A DNA stretch of 64,000 bases, taken from assembly GCA_029862005.1 (NCBI GenBank), contig JAOTYD010000003.1, forward strand, positions 70,158 to 134,157, in the 5' to 3' direction. Shown here one piece after another: positions 10,511-21,240 of the stretch. The translations under genes were made by a program, and so were the position numbers. Origin of the DNA: Gammaproteobacteria bacterium. GTDB taxonomy: Bacteria > Pseudomonadota > Gammaproteobacteria > GCA-001735895. The number at the start of each line of letters is the position of its first letter. The stretch's first letter is position 1. Under the pieces are notes generated by a model. It did not search any database and was not told the origin of the DNA. It saw only the letters and a list, made by a program, of their open reading frames with translations.

Positions 10511-11608
10511 ATGCGCAACATAATAACATCCTACCTGTCGCAGGAAATTCTTAAAACCAGCGCGGCAACGATGCTGGTTCTGTACATTATTCTAATGAGT
10601 AATGCCCTCGGCAGGGTTCTGGCCGATATTGCCGATGGCGATGTTCCTCGGCAGGCTCTGACTGCGGTTATGTTAAGCCAGTCGGTTAACATGCTGGCAT
10701 TGTTGTTGCCGATAAGTTTTTTCCTCGGAATTATTTTCACTTTTGGGCGCATGTACAAAGATCACGAGATAGTGGTAATGAATGCTTGTGGTATCGGATA
10801 TCGCGATTTCTACAGACCCGTTGTTATCGTCCTGCTGCCATTGTTACTTTTCACCAGTTTTGCAAGCCTTTCGCTCAATGCGAAAATGCAGGCTAACGCA
10901 CGAGCGATTGTCGACCGGGAAGAGAATCAGCACGAGTTTCACCAGATAAAGCCAGGTCAGTTCAACCAGGGCGAAAGTGATGATACAGTATTTTTCATGG
11001 AGTCGATGAGTACCGACAAGCTTGAATTACAGGAGGTGATTATCGGTGAGACCGGTCAGGATCAGATGATCCTGGAGATCGCGAAAACAGGTCGGCAGAA
11101 GCTGGATGAACAAAGCGGCGATTTATTTCTTGTTGTCGGGCCGGGCCAGCGAGTCGAGGGCACGGCTGGACTAAAGAATTTCAAAATTATCGACTACGAT
11201 CAGCACGGCATTTTACTCGAGAGGCAGGTTAATAAAGTCGAATCACGGGTTCGAAGTAAAGAAAAAACCTTAACCGAGCTCTGGTCGTCGGATCAAAACA
11301 ATGACCAGGTTGAGCTGCAGTGGCGGATCGCCATCCCAGTGGTACTTGCAGTTCTGGCATTGCTCGCAGTGCCGTTGTCCTACATTTCGCCCCGGCAGGG
11401 ACGTTTTGGTAAAGTTGGATATGCCCTGGTGGCTTATATCGTCTACCTCAATCTCGTGGTGGTGACTCGCGCTCAACTCGAGGCGGGAACGATACCCATG
11501 ACTGTTAATTTCTGGGGGGTACACCTGTTGTTTGTTGCATTTACCGGTGTCCTTTTATATCGGCGTAACAACGGTGTTCTGTTTTACATGAACAAGCCAG
11601 TGGCATGA
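10511..11608 (+). CDS. lptF: LPS export ABC transporter permease LptF
   Basis: Divergent from pepA; GRMYKDHEIVVMNACG, ELQWRIAIP, PRQGRF. Confidence 0.95.
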   Translation: MRNIITSYLSQEILKTSAATMLVLYIILMSNALGRVLADIADGDVPRQALTAVMLSQSVNMLALLLPISFFLGIIFTFGRMYKDHEIVVMNACGIGYRDFYRPVVIVLLPLLLFTSFASLSLNAKMQANARAIVDREENQHEFHQIKPGQFNQGESDDTVFFMESMSTDKLELQEVIIGETGQDQMILEIAKTGRQKLDEQSGDLFLVVGPGQRVEGTAGLKNFKIIDYDQHGILLERQVNKVESRVRSKEKTLTELWSSDQNNDQVELQWRIAIPVVLAVLALLAVPLSYISPRQGRFGKVGYALVAYIVYLNLVVVTRAQLEAGTIPMTVNFWGVHLLFVAFTGVLLYRRNNGVLFYMNKPVA

Positions 11609-12711
11609 TACTTAACCGATACATTATTCGCACGATTCACCTCGGAACCTTTACTTCGCTACTGGCACTGGTTGGCCTCGGCCTGTTTTTTCTTTTTGTC
11701 GGTGAGCTCGATGATCTTGGTGATGGAAAATATGATTTCCAACAAATCCTCAAGTTCGTAGCACTGAGTTTTCCGGGAAAAGTTGTCGAATTCATGCCGC
11801 TCGCAGCTCTGCTCGGCAGCATGCTCGGGTTGGGTGCGCTGGCCAGCAATAGCGAGATTATTGCGATGCAGGCTTCCGGACTCTCACTGAGGAAATTGGT
11901 CAGTCCGGTCGTACAGGCAGCGGTAATATTAGCGGTGCTTAATTTTTTGCTGGCGGACTGGGTGGTTCCGGATAGCGAGACTTACGCGCGCAATGTCAAG
12001 AATCTTGCACAGGAAAAAACCTCGGCGTTGCTTGTCAGGGAAGGACTCTGGACCAAGGATGAGTCGAGGGTATTACACATCGGGCAACTTCTACCAAATG
12101 GAGTCGCGCGTGATATCGAGATATTCGAGCTTGATAACAAGGGAAGACTGTTCTCTGTGCTCAAAGCAGAGCGTGCCATTCCCCTGGAGCAGGGATGGGA
12201 GTTACACCGGATCCAGAAGTCGATAATCAGTGATAATCAAGTCGAGACGCTGCGCTATGACCAGCTGGTCTATGAAGGCAACTTGTCACCCCAGTTGCTT
12301 GAGGTGTTGATGATAGAACCGAGGCAAATGTCGAGTGGTGATTTACGTGCCTACCTTAACTTCCTGGAGGAGAACAGGCTCGACGGCAGGGTTGAGCGTC
12401 TGATTTTCTGGCAGAAAATTTTGGCACCTTTTACCATTGTTGTCATGTGCCTGCTGGCGTTTCCGTTTGTGCTCGGGTCTCAACGCCAGGGCAACACGGG
12501 GCAGCGTCTGCTGATCGGAATACTGCTGGGTTTGGCATTTGTGGTTGTCGATCGGCTGGTGATACAGCTGGGGAACCAGTTTGAAGTCAATGCGCTGGCG
12601 ATTGCACTGATACCCAGCCTGGCTTTTCTCGGAATTGCGGTTTACATGTTGTTAAAGAACCAGTCCCATGGGCCCGGTGGTAGATTACTTTTTAGCCCGA
12701 TCAAAGCCTGA
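11605..12711 (+). CDS. lptG: LPS export ABC transporter permease LptG
   Basis: LGALASNSEIIAMQASG, FWQKILAP; ATGA overlap with lptF. Confidence 0.95.
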   Translation: MILNRYIIRTIHLGTFTSLLALVGLGLFFLFVGELDDLGDGKYDFQQILKFVALSFPGKVVEFMPLAALLGSMLGLGALASNSEIIAMQASGLSLRKLVSPVVQAAVILAVLNFLLADWVVPDSETYARNVKNLAQEKTSALLVREGLWTKDESRVLHIGQLLPNGVARDIEIFELDNKGRLFSVLKAERAIPLEQGWELHRIQKSIISDNQVETLRYDQLVYEGNLSPQLLEVLMIEPRQMSSGDLRAYLNFLEENRLDGRVERLIFWQKILAPFTIVVMCLLAFPFVLGSQRQGNTGQRLLIGILLGLAFVVVDRLVIQLGNQFEVNALAIALIPSLAFLGIAVYMLLKNQSHGPGGRLLFSPIKA

Positions 12712-13128
12712 AATGTCGATAATGCTGGTCTGACTGAGTTTATCGTGCCAGGTGTAGGGCTTGAAAAGTCGCCAAAAATAGCCAAGACCAAAACACAGTA
12801 TCGAAACCAGGGCAAAAGCAAGGCGCAGGTAACTGCTACCCCAACCCGGATTGCCACCGGACTCGGCGACAATACGAATTTTCCATGCCCGCATTCCCAG
12901 GGTTTGTCCTGATCTGTGCCAGAACCAGGCATAGAATGAAAACAGGATGAACAACAGGTAAAGACTGAACAGAGGACTTGATTCGATCGCTTCACCGCGG
13001 TTGAAGATTAGCGCAATTGCAGTTGAAAAAAAAAGCACTGCAAAAATTAATAAACTGTCATACAACATGGCCGCAAATTGTTTGAACAAACTTGCAGGAG
13101 GGTAGCCATGATAAAAATTGGTTGTCAT
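12685..13128 (-). CDS. RDD family membrane protein
   Basis: AAMLYDSLL and GQTLGMRAWKIRIV...WHDKLSQT motifs; usual neighbour of lptG. Confidence 0.92.
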   Translation of the reverse strand: MTTNFYHGYPPASLFKQFAAMLYDSLLIFAVLFFSTAIALIFNRGEAIESSPLFSLYLLFILFSFYAWFWHRSGQTLGMRAWKIRIVAESGGNPGWGSSYLRLAFALVSILCFGLGYFWRLFKPYTWHDKLSQTSIIDISGFDRAKK

Positions 13129-13340
13129 AACTTTTATTGATTGCGTTTAAGACACATTCAAATTGAAAGAATTCATGTTGATAAAACTAATGAAAAATTT
13201 CATACTATTTTTTTGTCAGACAACTATAATACACGACGTAACTCAGTTCGTAGTGTTTGCAATTAGTACCAACTTGCTATTGTATTATTGTGGATGCTTT
13301 TTTTAATCACATTCGTAAGTCAACGTGAGGAGACCGGACG

Positions 13341-13883
13341 ATGGCGACAGCAAAGAGAGCAGCAAAGTCGAAACCAAAAGCTAAATCTGCAGCAAAGAAA
13401 AAAGCAAGGAAGCCCGCAGTAAAAAGGAAAGCAGTTAAGAGACCCGCGACCAAAAGGAAAGCGGTTAGGAAGTCAGCAGTAAAGAAGAAGGCAGTTAAGA
13501 GACCGGCGGCTAAAAGGAAAGCGGTCAAAAAGTCAGCAACAAAGAAGAAAGCAGTTAGAAGACCCGCGGTCAAGAAGAAGGCGGTCAAAAAGTCAGTAGC
13601 GAAGAAGAAGGCAGTTAAAAGACCCGCGGCCAAAAAGAAGGCGGTCAAAAAGTCAGCAGTAAAGAGGAAAGCGGCTAAGAGACCGGCGGCCAAGAGGAAA
13701 ACGGCTAAGAGACCGGCGGCCAAGAGGAAAGCGGCTAAGAGACCGGCGGCCAAGAGGAAAGCGGCTAAGAGACCGGCGGCCAAGAGGAAAGCAGTTAAAA
13801 GAGCCGCGCCCAAAAGGAAAGCGGTAAAAAGACCGGCAGCTAAGAAAAGGGCGACTCGTTCCGCTACAAAAAAAAAGCGGTAA
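13341..13883 (+). CDS. Histone H1-like Lys/Arg/Ala-rich DNA-binding protein (0-frame product, 180 aa)
   Basis: GAGGAG RBS; about 16 ten-residue units like KRKAVKRPAA; AT-rich upstream region. Confidence 0.85.
   Translation: MATAKRAAKSKPKAKSAAKKKARKPAVKRKAVKRPATKRKAVRKSAVKKKAVKRPAAKRKAVKKSATKKKAVRRPAVKKKAVKKSVAKKKAVKRPAAKKKAVKKSAVKRKAAKRPAAKRKTAKRPAAKRKAAKRPAAKRKAAKRPAAKRKAVKRAAPKRKAVKRPAAKKRATRSATKKKR
13391..13850 (+). repeat. 30-nt period coding tandem repeat
   Basis: Four near-identical units GCGGCTAAGAGACCGGCGGCCAAGAGGAAA at 13671-13790, with more diverged units on both sides. Confidence 0.9.
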
Positions 13884-14149
13884 AGCCTAAAGTTAAGAAG
13901 CGACCCACTGCAATAAAGAAGGCTGCCGCTAATCCAAGGATCAAGGCGCTTGATGATACAGTCAAAACCTTGAAAGAGCAGGTACAGGGATTAAGGAATG
14001 AAGTTCGTGACGCCAAAAGGCGTGCCGATGCCCTGGGTAAGTTATCTGACAAGAGAGGCGCTGCTATCTCAAAATTTGTGTATGGATGGGATAAGCAGGC
14101 CAAATTGGCGGTTACCAGGTCTACGAGGCCACGAACGAAGAAAAGGTAA
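13877..14149 (+). other. Unannotated -1 frame continuation (90 codons) of the histone-like protein
   Basis: AVKPKVKKRPTAIKKAAANPRIKALDDTVKTLKEQVQGLRNEVRDAKRRADALGKLSDKRGAAISKFVYGWDKQAKLAVTRSTRPRTKKR*; no start codon near its 5' end; begins right after an A9 run. Confidence 0.8.
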
Positions 14150-14178
14150 TTGATCTTCATGTTTGGCAAAATATTAAC

Positions 14179-14204
14179 AGGCACAGTAAGCTGTGCCTTT
14201 TTTT
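14179..14204 (+). terminator. Rho-independent terminator
   Basis: AGGCACAG-TAAG-CTGTGCCT followed by T6. Confidence 0.85.
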
Positions 14205-14208
14205 ATCA

Positions 14209-15120
14209 ATGAAAAAAACTTCCATGCAACCTGGCGATCCGGAAATCGAGCGCTTTATCGATAGCCTTTGGTCGCAAAAAGGTTTGGCTGATCGAACGCT
14301 GAGTGCCTATCAGCAGGACATGCGCCAGTTTTCGCGCTGGCTACAGACGCGGCAACAAAAGCTGCAAAATGCCGAGCAGTCAAGTATCCAGCATTTTTTA
14401 GCTGAACGCTTTGATCAAGGCGCCTCAGCACGTTCCAACGCTCGCCTGTTGTCGACCCTGAAACAATACTATCGATATTTAATCAAGATCGGGGATCGCC
14501 AGGACAATCCCACCGCTTTAATCAGTGCGCCCAGGATTCATCGAACCTTGCCGCAGTCGCTCACCGAAAGCGATGTTGAAAAGTTATTGGCCGCTCCGAA
14601 CCTTGAATCCAATTTTGGTCTTCGGGATCGCGGTATGCTCGAGCTTATGTACAGCTCCGGGCTGCGTGTCAGTGAACTGGTGGGCCTGCAAGTGAACCAG
14701 GTAAATACCAATCTCGGTCTGGTGCGGTTGGTCGGGAAAGGTAGCAAGGAGCGGGTTATTCCCGTCGGTGAGGAAGCATTACACTGGCTCGCACAGTATC
14801 TGAAGAGTTCACGCCCCGGTTTGCTGCAGGGGCATGTGAACAATGATGCGCTGTTTATATCGAGTCGCGGTACCGCGATTACGCGTCAGGCGTTCTGGCA
14901 AAATATCAAGAAGTACCTGCTCAAGGCGGGCGTTAAAACTGTTTTTTCGCCACACTCGTTGCGCCATGCGTTTGCCACGCATTTGCTTAATCATGGTGCG
15001 GATTTACGCACGGTACAGATGTTGCTCGGGCACAGCAGCCTGTCGACAACGCAGATTTATACGCACATCGCCCAGGCACGCCTGCAATCACTTCACGCCG
15101 AACACCATCCCCGCGGCTAA
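14209..15120 (+). CDS. xerD: Site-specific tyrosine recombinase XerD
   Basis: LRDRGMLELMYSSGLRVSEL, GKGSKER, SPHSLRHAFATHLLNHGADLRTVQMLLGH, TTQIYTH. Confidence 0.96.
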   Translation: MKKTSMQPGDPEIERFIDSLWSQKGLADRTLSAYQQDMRQFSRWLQTRQQKLQNAEQSSIQHFLAERFDQGASARSNARLLSTLKQYYRYLIKIGDRQDNPTALISAPRIHRTLPQSLTESDVEKLLAAPNLESNFGLRDRGMLELMYSSGLRVSELVGLQVNQVNTNLGLVRLVGKGSKERVIPVGEEALHWLAQYLKSSRPGLLQGHVNNDALFISSRGTAITRQAFWQNIKKYLLKAGVKTVFSPHSLRHAFATHLLNHGADLRTVQMLLGHSSLSTTQIYTHIAQARLQSLHAEHHPRG

Positions 15121-15231
15121 CAAAATCCTTAACCCGCCTCCGTACCCTACACCTCAAAAATTGCCTGCCTGCTACTATTCATTGCATCATTTGGTTGTCT
15201 TCTATCAGTTTCGATGCTGTACCTGGATGGT

Positions 15232-15382
15232 GATGCTAGCTTGAAGGAAAGATCACAAAAGACGCTCCCGACCGGCGCAAGCACCGGTTGGTCCTTCGAT
15301 GGAAACGCTTGGAGCCCGATACGTCGGACCATGGCATCCATGCCTCGCTACTCTTTTGTAAACTTTCCCTCGTGCTAGCATC
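15232..15382. repeat. Palindromic repeat family 1, copy a (diverged, carries 15-bp insert)
   Basis: 30-bp imperfect arms (15232-15261 / 15353-15382, 25/30) around a core homologous to 45137-45212; between convergent xerD and ybbN. Confidence 0.85.
15316..15330 (+). repeat. 15-bp mini-hairpin module CCGATACGTCGGACC, copy 2
   Basis: Present here but absent at the equivalent core position of copies b and c. Confidence 0.75.
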
Positions 15383-15428
15383 GAACCTAATAAGTGTTGG
15401 TTAATGTTGAGGGGGTTAGGTGAGAATA

Positions 15429-16292
15429 CTAGTGGAGCAGGTTGAAGAGTTTGCGACGATACTTTTGCACGCTGGGATGTTCGCCACCGAGCATATCAAA
15501 TAATTCGAGCATGCTGGTACGACTGATATCATCCTCGAAACCACGATCGGTACGCATGATCGTCAGCAGGCATTCCATGGCGTTGTCGTAATCACCTTGC
15601 GCGGTCAAGTGCCTGCTTTTCTGCAACAACGCTTTAAGATCATTGGGATTCTGGGCCAGGCGCTGCTCGATTTCGCTCGGGTCGGGCAAATCGGCAAGCT
15701 GTGCCGCGAGGTTGATTTCGGCGCGCAGCTTGATTGCCGCATCCAGTTTAGCGCCTTCGTTGTCGAGGCTGTCCAGTAACGCCTGCGCACTCTCGGTATC
15801 GCCCTCGCCATAAACCATTTGTGCGATTGTAACCTTGAGTTCGGCATTATCGGGGTCCTTGGCAAGCACATTATTAAGCACTTCAAGCGCCTGTGCGGTA
15901 TTGCCCTGCTGATAAGCCATCATGGCGGCCTGAACCATTTGATCGGATTCTGACACGATGTGCTTGTCGATCATCGCGCGAATATCCGATTCCGGCACCG
16001 CACCCATGCGTTCATCGACGATTTGCCCCTGGTAGAAAAGTTTCATCGTGGGCAGGCTCTTAATACCGAAATGCGCGGCCAATTCCTGCTCCTCGTCAGC
16101 ATTCACCTTGGCCAGTTCGAACTTTCCTGCATATTCTTCAGCGAGTTTGGCCAGCATCGGCATAATGGTTTGGCAGGGTTGGCACCAGTCCGCCCAGAAA
16201 TCGACCAAAACAGGCTTATTAACCGATTTTTCCAGCACCAGATTCTGGAAATTCTGCATACCGACATTGTGAATATAAGGTGACTCGCCCAT
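15429..16292 (-). CDS. ybbN: Thioredoxin-TPR chaperedoxin YbbN/CnoX
   Basis: VLVDFWADWCQPC thioredoxin domain plus TPR C-terminus ending YRRKLFNLLH. Confidence 0.93.
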   Translation of the reverse strand: MGESPYIHNVGMQNFQNLVLEKSVNKPVLVDFWADWCQPCQTIMPMLAKLAEEYAGKFELAKVNADEEQELAAHFGIKSLPTMKLFYQGQIVDERMGAVPESDIRAMIDKHIVSESDQMVQAAMMAYQQGNTAQALEVLNNVLAKDPDNAELKVTIAQMVYGEGDTESAQALLDSLDNEGAKLDAAIKLRAEINLAAQLADLPDPSEIEQRLAQNPNDLKALLQKSRHLTAQGDYDNAMECLLTIMRTDRGFEDDISRTSMLELFDMLGGEHPSVQKYRRKLFNLLH

Positions 16293-16393
16293 AATAGAGA
16301 ACCTGAAAAAAGATGCGCATTATATCAGGCAGATGGTCACTAAATACAAGGATCTGTGTTAGTGCGATCGTTTAAACTCAGGAAGCACTTCAT

Positions 16394-18280
16394 TTGAAAA
16401 ATCAGTACGACGCCGCCTCGATAGAAGTCCTCACGGGGCTCGAACCGGTCAAGAAGCGACCGGGGATGTATACAGACACTACTCGTCCCAATCATCTTGC
16501 TCAGGAGGTGATTGACAATAGTGTCGATGAGGCCATTGCCGGCTATGCCACGCAAATCGGTGTGATTTTGCACACCGACCAGTCGCTTAGCGTCATCGAT
16601 AACGGACGCGGTATGCCGGTTGATATACATCCACAGCAGAAAATCCCCGGGGTCGAGGTAATCCTGACCAAGCTGCATGCCGGTGGCAAGTTTTCAAATA
16701 AGAATTACCAGTTCTCGGGAGGACTGCACGGCGTCGGTGTCTCGGTCGTCAACGCGTTATCAAAAAAACTCGATGTGCGCGTCCGTCGTGACAGCAAGGA
16801 ATACACGATCAGTTTCACCAATGGCAATAAAAAAGACAAACTGAAGCAGACCGGCACGGTTGGAAAAAAGAACTCCGGCACCAGTTTACGCTTTTGGCCT
16901 AATCCCAGGTATTTTGACAGCCCTAATTTCTCGGTAGCGCGACTTAAACATGTATTGCGCGCCAAGGCGGTCCTGTGCCCGGGATTGCGTGTAAAATTTT
17001 ATGTTGAAAAGACCAAGGAAACGGTCGAATGGATATACGAGGACGGACTTTCCGATTATTTACTCGCGTCACTAGCCGATTTCGAGCTATTACCATCACA
17101 ACCTTTTGTCAATTCTCTCCAGGGTGAGCATGAGGCGGTAGACTGGGCAGTGCTATGGCTGCCGCAGGGTGGTGAATCCATTACCGAAAGCTACGTTAAC
17201 CTGGTCCCCACGTCACAGGGCGGCACCCATGTCAACGGACTGCGTACGGGTATTACCGATGCGATCCGCGAGTTTTGTGAATTTCGCAACCTGCTGCCGC
17301 GTGGTGTCAAGATCGCACCGGACGATGTCTGGGACAAGGTCAGTTTCATACTCTCGGTAAAAATGGAGGAGCCGCAGTTTTCGGGGCAAACCAAGGAACG
17401 CCTGTCATCGCGGGAAACCGCGGCCTTTGTATCCGGGGTTGCCAAGGATTCCTTTAGCCTTTGGCTTAATCAGCACGCGGATGTTGGTGATCAGCTCGCA
17501 CAACTGGCAATAACAAGCGCGCAAAGCCGATTAAAAAGTGCCAAGAAAGTCGTACGCAAGAAGGTAACAACCGGTCCCGCGCTGCCCGGTAAACTGTCAG
17601 ACTGCAGCAGCCAGGACGTGGCGCGTACCGAAATTTTTCTGGTGGAGGGCGATTCGGCCGGCGGCTCGGCGAAACAGGCCCGTGATCGCGTGTTCCAGGC
17701 GATCATGCCGCTACGCGGTAAAATTCTGAACACCTGGGAAGTGCCTTCGGACCAGGTGCTGGGTTCGCAGGAGGTGCACGACATATCGGTTGCGATAGGG
17801 GTGGAACCCGCGTCGGATAACTTGTCCAATCTGCGCTACGGGAAAATCTGTATTCTTGCCGATGCCGATTCCGATGGTGCACATATCGCCACCTTGTTAT
17901 GTGCGCTGTTCTTGCGGCATTTTAAACCTCTGGTTGAAAAGGGGCATGTTTACGTGGCCAAGCCACCCCTGTATCGAATTGATATTGCGAAGGACAAGTA
18001 TTACGCGCTCGATGAAGCCGAGCGTGACGGCATTCTCGATCGTATCACGGCAGAAAAGCGCAAGGGCAAGGTAACGGTAACCCGCTTCAAGGGGCTCGGG
18101 GAAATGAACCCGATGCAGCTACGTGAAAGTGCCATAGCACCCGAAACCCGGCGCCTGGCGCAGCTGACGATAGCTCCAGGGGATAAGACCTTTAAAATCA
18201 TGGACATGATGCTGGCCAAGAAACGCGCCGCGGATCGCAAGGACTGGCTGCAAACCAAGGGAGACCTGGCCGAAGTATGA
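16394..18280 (+). CDS. parE: DNA topoisomerase IV subunit B
   Basis: [50 protein letters not shown]; TTG start. Confidence 0.98.
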   Translation: MKNQYDAASIEVLTGLEPVKKRPGMYTDTTRPNHLAQEVIDNSVDEAIAGYATQIGVILHTDQSLSVIDNGRGMPVDIHPQQKIPGVEVILTKLHAGGKFSNKNYQFSGGLHGVGVSVVNALSKKLDVRVRRDSKEYTISFTNGNKKDKLKQTGTVGKKNSGTSLRFWPNPRYFDSPNFSVARLKHVLRAKAVLCPGLRVKFYVEKTKETVEWIYEDGLSDYLLASLADFELLPSQPFVNSLQGEHEAVDWAVLWLPQGGESITESYVNLVPTSQGGTHVNGLRTGITDAIREFCEFRNLLPRGVKIAPDDVWDKVSFILSVKMEEPQFSGQTKERLSSRETAAFVSGVAKDSFSLWLNQHADVGDQLAQLAITSAQSRLKSAKKVVRKKVTTGPALPGKLSDCSSQDVARTEIFLVEGDSAGGSAKQARDRVFQAIMPLRGKILNTWEVPSDQVLGSQEVHDISVAIGVEPASDNLSNLRYGKICILADADSDGAHIATLLCALFLRHFKPLVEKGHVYVAKPPLYRIDIAKDKYYALDEAERDGILDRITAEKRKGKVTVTRFKGLGEMNPMQLRESAIAPETRRLAQLTIAPGDKTFKIMDMMLAKKRAADRKDWLQTKGDLAEV

Positions 18281-20529
18281 ATGAGAACCTGGAACTCAAC
18301 TACGAGGGCGTCGAGGAACAGCCGCTCCATGTCTTTACCGAAAAAGCTTATCTCGACTACTCGATGTACGTCATCCTCGACCGTGCACTACCGCACATCG
18401 GCGATGGGCTGAAACCGGTACAGAGACGCATTATCTATGCAATGTCGGAGCTGGGGCTTTCGGCGAGTTCCAAGCACAAGAAATCGGCCCGCACGGTCGG
18501 CGACGTGCTGGGTAAGTATCATCCGCATGGCGATAGCGCCTGCTACGAAGCGATGGTGCTGATGGCGCAGCCGTTTTCTTACCGTTACCCGCTGATCGAT
18601 GGCCAGGGTAATTTTGGCTCCCCCGATGATCCGAAATCGTTTGCCGCGATGCGTTACACCGAATCGCGTTTGTCTGAATTTGCACGGGTATTGCTGCAGG
18701 AACTTGGCCAGGGTACCGTCGACTGGGTTGCGAACTTTGATGGCACCATGGAAGAGCCGTCGCTATTGCCCGCCCGCCTGCCGCATATTCTACTCAACGG
18801 CACCACCGGGATCGCGGTTGGAATGGCCACCGATCTGCCGCCGCACAACCTGCGAGAAATTGCCAAGGCCTGCATCATGTTGCTGGACAAGGTTAAAACA
18901 CCGCTCGATGATTTACTCAAGCACGTCAAGGGCCCGGATTACCCGACCGAGGCAGAAATCATCACACCGCAGGACGAGTTACGCGATCTTTATGAAAGCG
19001 GCCACGGCTCGATTCGCATGCGCGCAATATATGAACGCGAAGATGGCGACATTATCGTCACCGCGTTGCCACACCAGGTTTCCGGCGCACGTGTAATGGA
19101 ACAGATTGCGCAACAAATGCTGGCCAGGAAATTGCCCATGGTGGACGATTTACGCGACGAGTCAGATCATGAAAACCCGACCAGACTGGTAATTGTGCCA
19201 CGCTCCAACCGGGTCGATGTCGAGGCTCTGATGGGGCATTTGTTTGCGACTACCGATCTTGAACGCACCTACCGCGTCAATATGAACATGATCGGTACCA
19301 ACGGTCGCCCGCAGGTTAAAAACCTGAAGCAGATTCTGCAGGAATGGATTGCTTTTCGGGTGACCACAGTGCGCCGTCGGCTGCAATGGCGGCTTGATAA
19401 AGTTGACAAGCGTCTGCATGTTCTCGAAGGCCTGTTGATTGCCTTTTTGAACCTGGACGAGGTTATTCGTATTGTGCGCAATGAAGACGACCCCAAGGCG
19501 GCGTTGATCAAGACATTCAAAATCAGTGATATCCAGGCCGAAGCGATACTTGAAACCAAGTTGCGGCATCTGGCCAAGCTCGAAGAAATGAAGATACGTG
19601 CCGAACAGGACGAACTCAGCGATGAGAAAAAAGAGCTTGAAAAATTACTGGGATCCGATCGACGGATCAAGACAATGATCAAACAGGAAATCAAGGAAGA
19701 TGCTGCAACCTACGGCGACGACAGGCGTTCGCCGATTGTCAGTCGAGACGCGGCACGGGCACTCGACGAAGCCGACCTGGTGCCATCCGAGGCAATTACG
19801 GTCGTGTTATCAGCGATGGGATGGGTGCGCGCTGCCAAGGGGCACGATATCGACGTGCGTGCGCTTAACTATAAGTCTGGCGATAGTTTTCAGGACATGG
19901 CGCAAGGCAAGAGCAACCAGAACGTGGTGTTCGTCGATTCCTTCGGTCGTGCTTATGCCCTGGCGGCGCATTTACTGCCGTCGGCACGTGGACAGGGTGA
20001 ACCGCTTACCGGGCGTTTCAAACCGGCAAGCGGGGCCGAGTTCAAGAGCTGTGTAATGGGGCGCGACGACGATCAATTTCTCATGTCCTCGTCGCATGGC
20101 TACGGCTACGTCTGCAAGTTTGAAAACATGTTGACCCGAAGCAAGAATGGCAAAGCCCAGATCAGCTTGCCTCGTGGCGCGCAAATGATGCAGGTGGTAG
20201 CGGTAACCGACTACAACAAAGATCAGATCGTATCGATCACCAGTGACGGTTACATCGCTTTGCTTGATGTTGAATCGATTCCACAGCTGGCCAAGGGCAA
20301 AGGTAACAAGATCCAGGGGATACCGCCGCGACGTATTAAATCAGGGGATGAGGAGATCGCTTTTATCACTTGCCTAACGGGCAAACAAAAGCTCGTAATC
20401 CATTGCGGCAAAAAATATAAAACCATGAACTTGAAAGAACTTGAGGACTATCGCATCGAACGGGGTAAGCGTGGGCGCAAATTGCCGCGCGGTTATCAAA
20501 ATGTAACTGCAATTGAGGTCGTTGATTAA
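18277..20529 (+). CDS. parC: DNA topoisomerase IV subunit A
   Basis: [31 protein letters not shown]; ATGA overlap with parE. Confidence 0.98.
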   Translation: MNENLELNYEGVEEQPLHVFTEKAYLDYSMYVILDRALPHIGDGLKPVQRRIIYAMSELGLSASSKHKKSARTVGDVLGKYHPHGDSACYEAMVLMAQPFSYRYPLIDGQGNFGSPDDPKSFAAMRYTESRLSEFARVLLQELGQGTVDWVANFDGTMEEPSLLPARLPHILLNGTTGIAVGMATDLPPHNLREIAKACIMLLDKVKTPLDDLLKHVKGPDYPTEAEIITPQDELRDLYESGHGSIRMRAIYEREDGDIIVTALPHQVSGARVMEQIAQQMLARKLPMVDDLRDESDHENPTRLVIVPRSNRVDVEALMGHLFATTDLERTYRVNMNMIGTNGRPQVKNLKQILQEWIAFRVTTVRRRLQWRLDKVDKRLHVLEGLLIAFLNLDEVIRIVRNEDDPKAALIKTFKISDIQAEAILETKLRHLAKLEEMKIRAEQDELSDEKKELEKLLGSDRRIKTMIKQEIKEDAATYGDDRRSPIVSRDAARALDEADLVPSEAITVVLSAMGWVRAAKGHDIDVRALNYKSGDSFQDMAQGKSNQNVVFVDSFGRAYALAAHLLPSARGQGEPLTGRFKPASGAEFKSCVMGRDDDQFLMSSSHGYGYVCKFENMLTRSKNGKAQISLPRGAQMMQVVAVTDYNKDQIVSITSDGYIALLDVESIPQLAKGKGNKIQGIPPRRIKSGDEEIAFITCLTGKQKLVIHCGKKYKTMNLKELEDYRIERGKRGRKLPRGYQNVTAIEVVD

Positions 20530-20558
20530 AATCAGGCAATCGGTGTGTGTTTGCCGCT

Positions 20559-21152
20559 TCAGGTACCATTTTTTATATCGTTAAAATCCCCGTGTATCTG
20601 CACAAACTTTTTTTGGTAATTCGCGCCATCGCCATAGGCTAGAAATTTGTGGTAGCGACTGTGGATCGCGGATAGTTTTCTTGCATGCTTGATTGGGCAC
20701 CAGTATTGCTCAGTCCTGGCGGCAATTTCCTGGACCCAGGCAATCAGCCCGTTAAAGTAACTGCAGTAAACACAGTTCACTTTTTCAATCCAGTTCAGAT
20801 ATTGGAGGCTTTGCTGATCGATGACTATATAGTCACTGCGCTTGACTCGGGGAATGTCATATACCCTGAAACAAATTGAATGATAAAAGGATACGACGAT
20901 ATCTAAAAAAAGCGCAGGAACCAGGCAAAACCAGATGATTGGCAGCGTCAATATGTTAAGTATTGATGCGTTCGCAAAATAGGCATGTATTTTGGTAGCA
21001 AGTGTCTGATGGTAGCGCCGGGTTTCTGCTTCGAACTTGACCCGTTTACCTTCGATGATATAAAGGTATTCATCCTGCTTTTTTTGCAGTTCCTGCAAAA
21101 GCTCCTGCTCGAGCTGCTTGATTTCGGTGATTATTTCCTCGAGTTTGTTCAT
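20559..21152 (-). CDS. Hypothetical membrane protein with Cys/His motifs
   Basis: Coiled-coil N-terminus, one TM, NCVYCSYFNG and RTEQYWCPIKH motifs. Confidence 0.8.
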   Translation of the reverse strand: MNKLEEIITEIKQLEQELLQELQKKQDEYLYIIEGKRVKFEAETRRYHQTLATKIHAYFANASILNILTLPIIWFCLVPALFLDIVVSFYHSICFRVYDIPRVKRSDYIVIDQQSLQYLNWIEKVNCVYCSYFNGLIAWVQEIAARTEQYWCPIKHARKLSAIHSRYHKFLAYGDGANYQKKFVQIHGDFNDIKNGT

Positions 21153-21240
21153 AACGACTCCGACCGGGTCAATATAAGGAATAGATTGCGAGACAGTATG
21201 ACCTGTTTCGGCAGAGCCAGGTCACATCTTTGGGCCGCGC

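Noticed and set aside
13671-13790. 30-bp direct repeats resembling a CRISPR array
   Set aside because: No spacers, in-frame coding repeat, no cas genes
13307-13813. Minus-strand ORF of LLAAG repeats
   Set aside because: Antisense shadow of the Lys/Ala repeat gene, which has the RBS
13864-14184. 106-aa minus-strand ORF
   Set aside because: Shadow of the plus-strand -1 frame, which continues the repeat style and precedes a plus-strand terminator
14209-15120. Tyrosine recombinase as a prophage or island integrase
   Set aside because: About 300-aa XerD with LLNHGADLR motif among core genes; no att sites or phage genes
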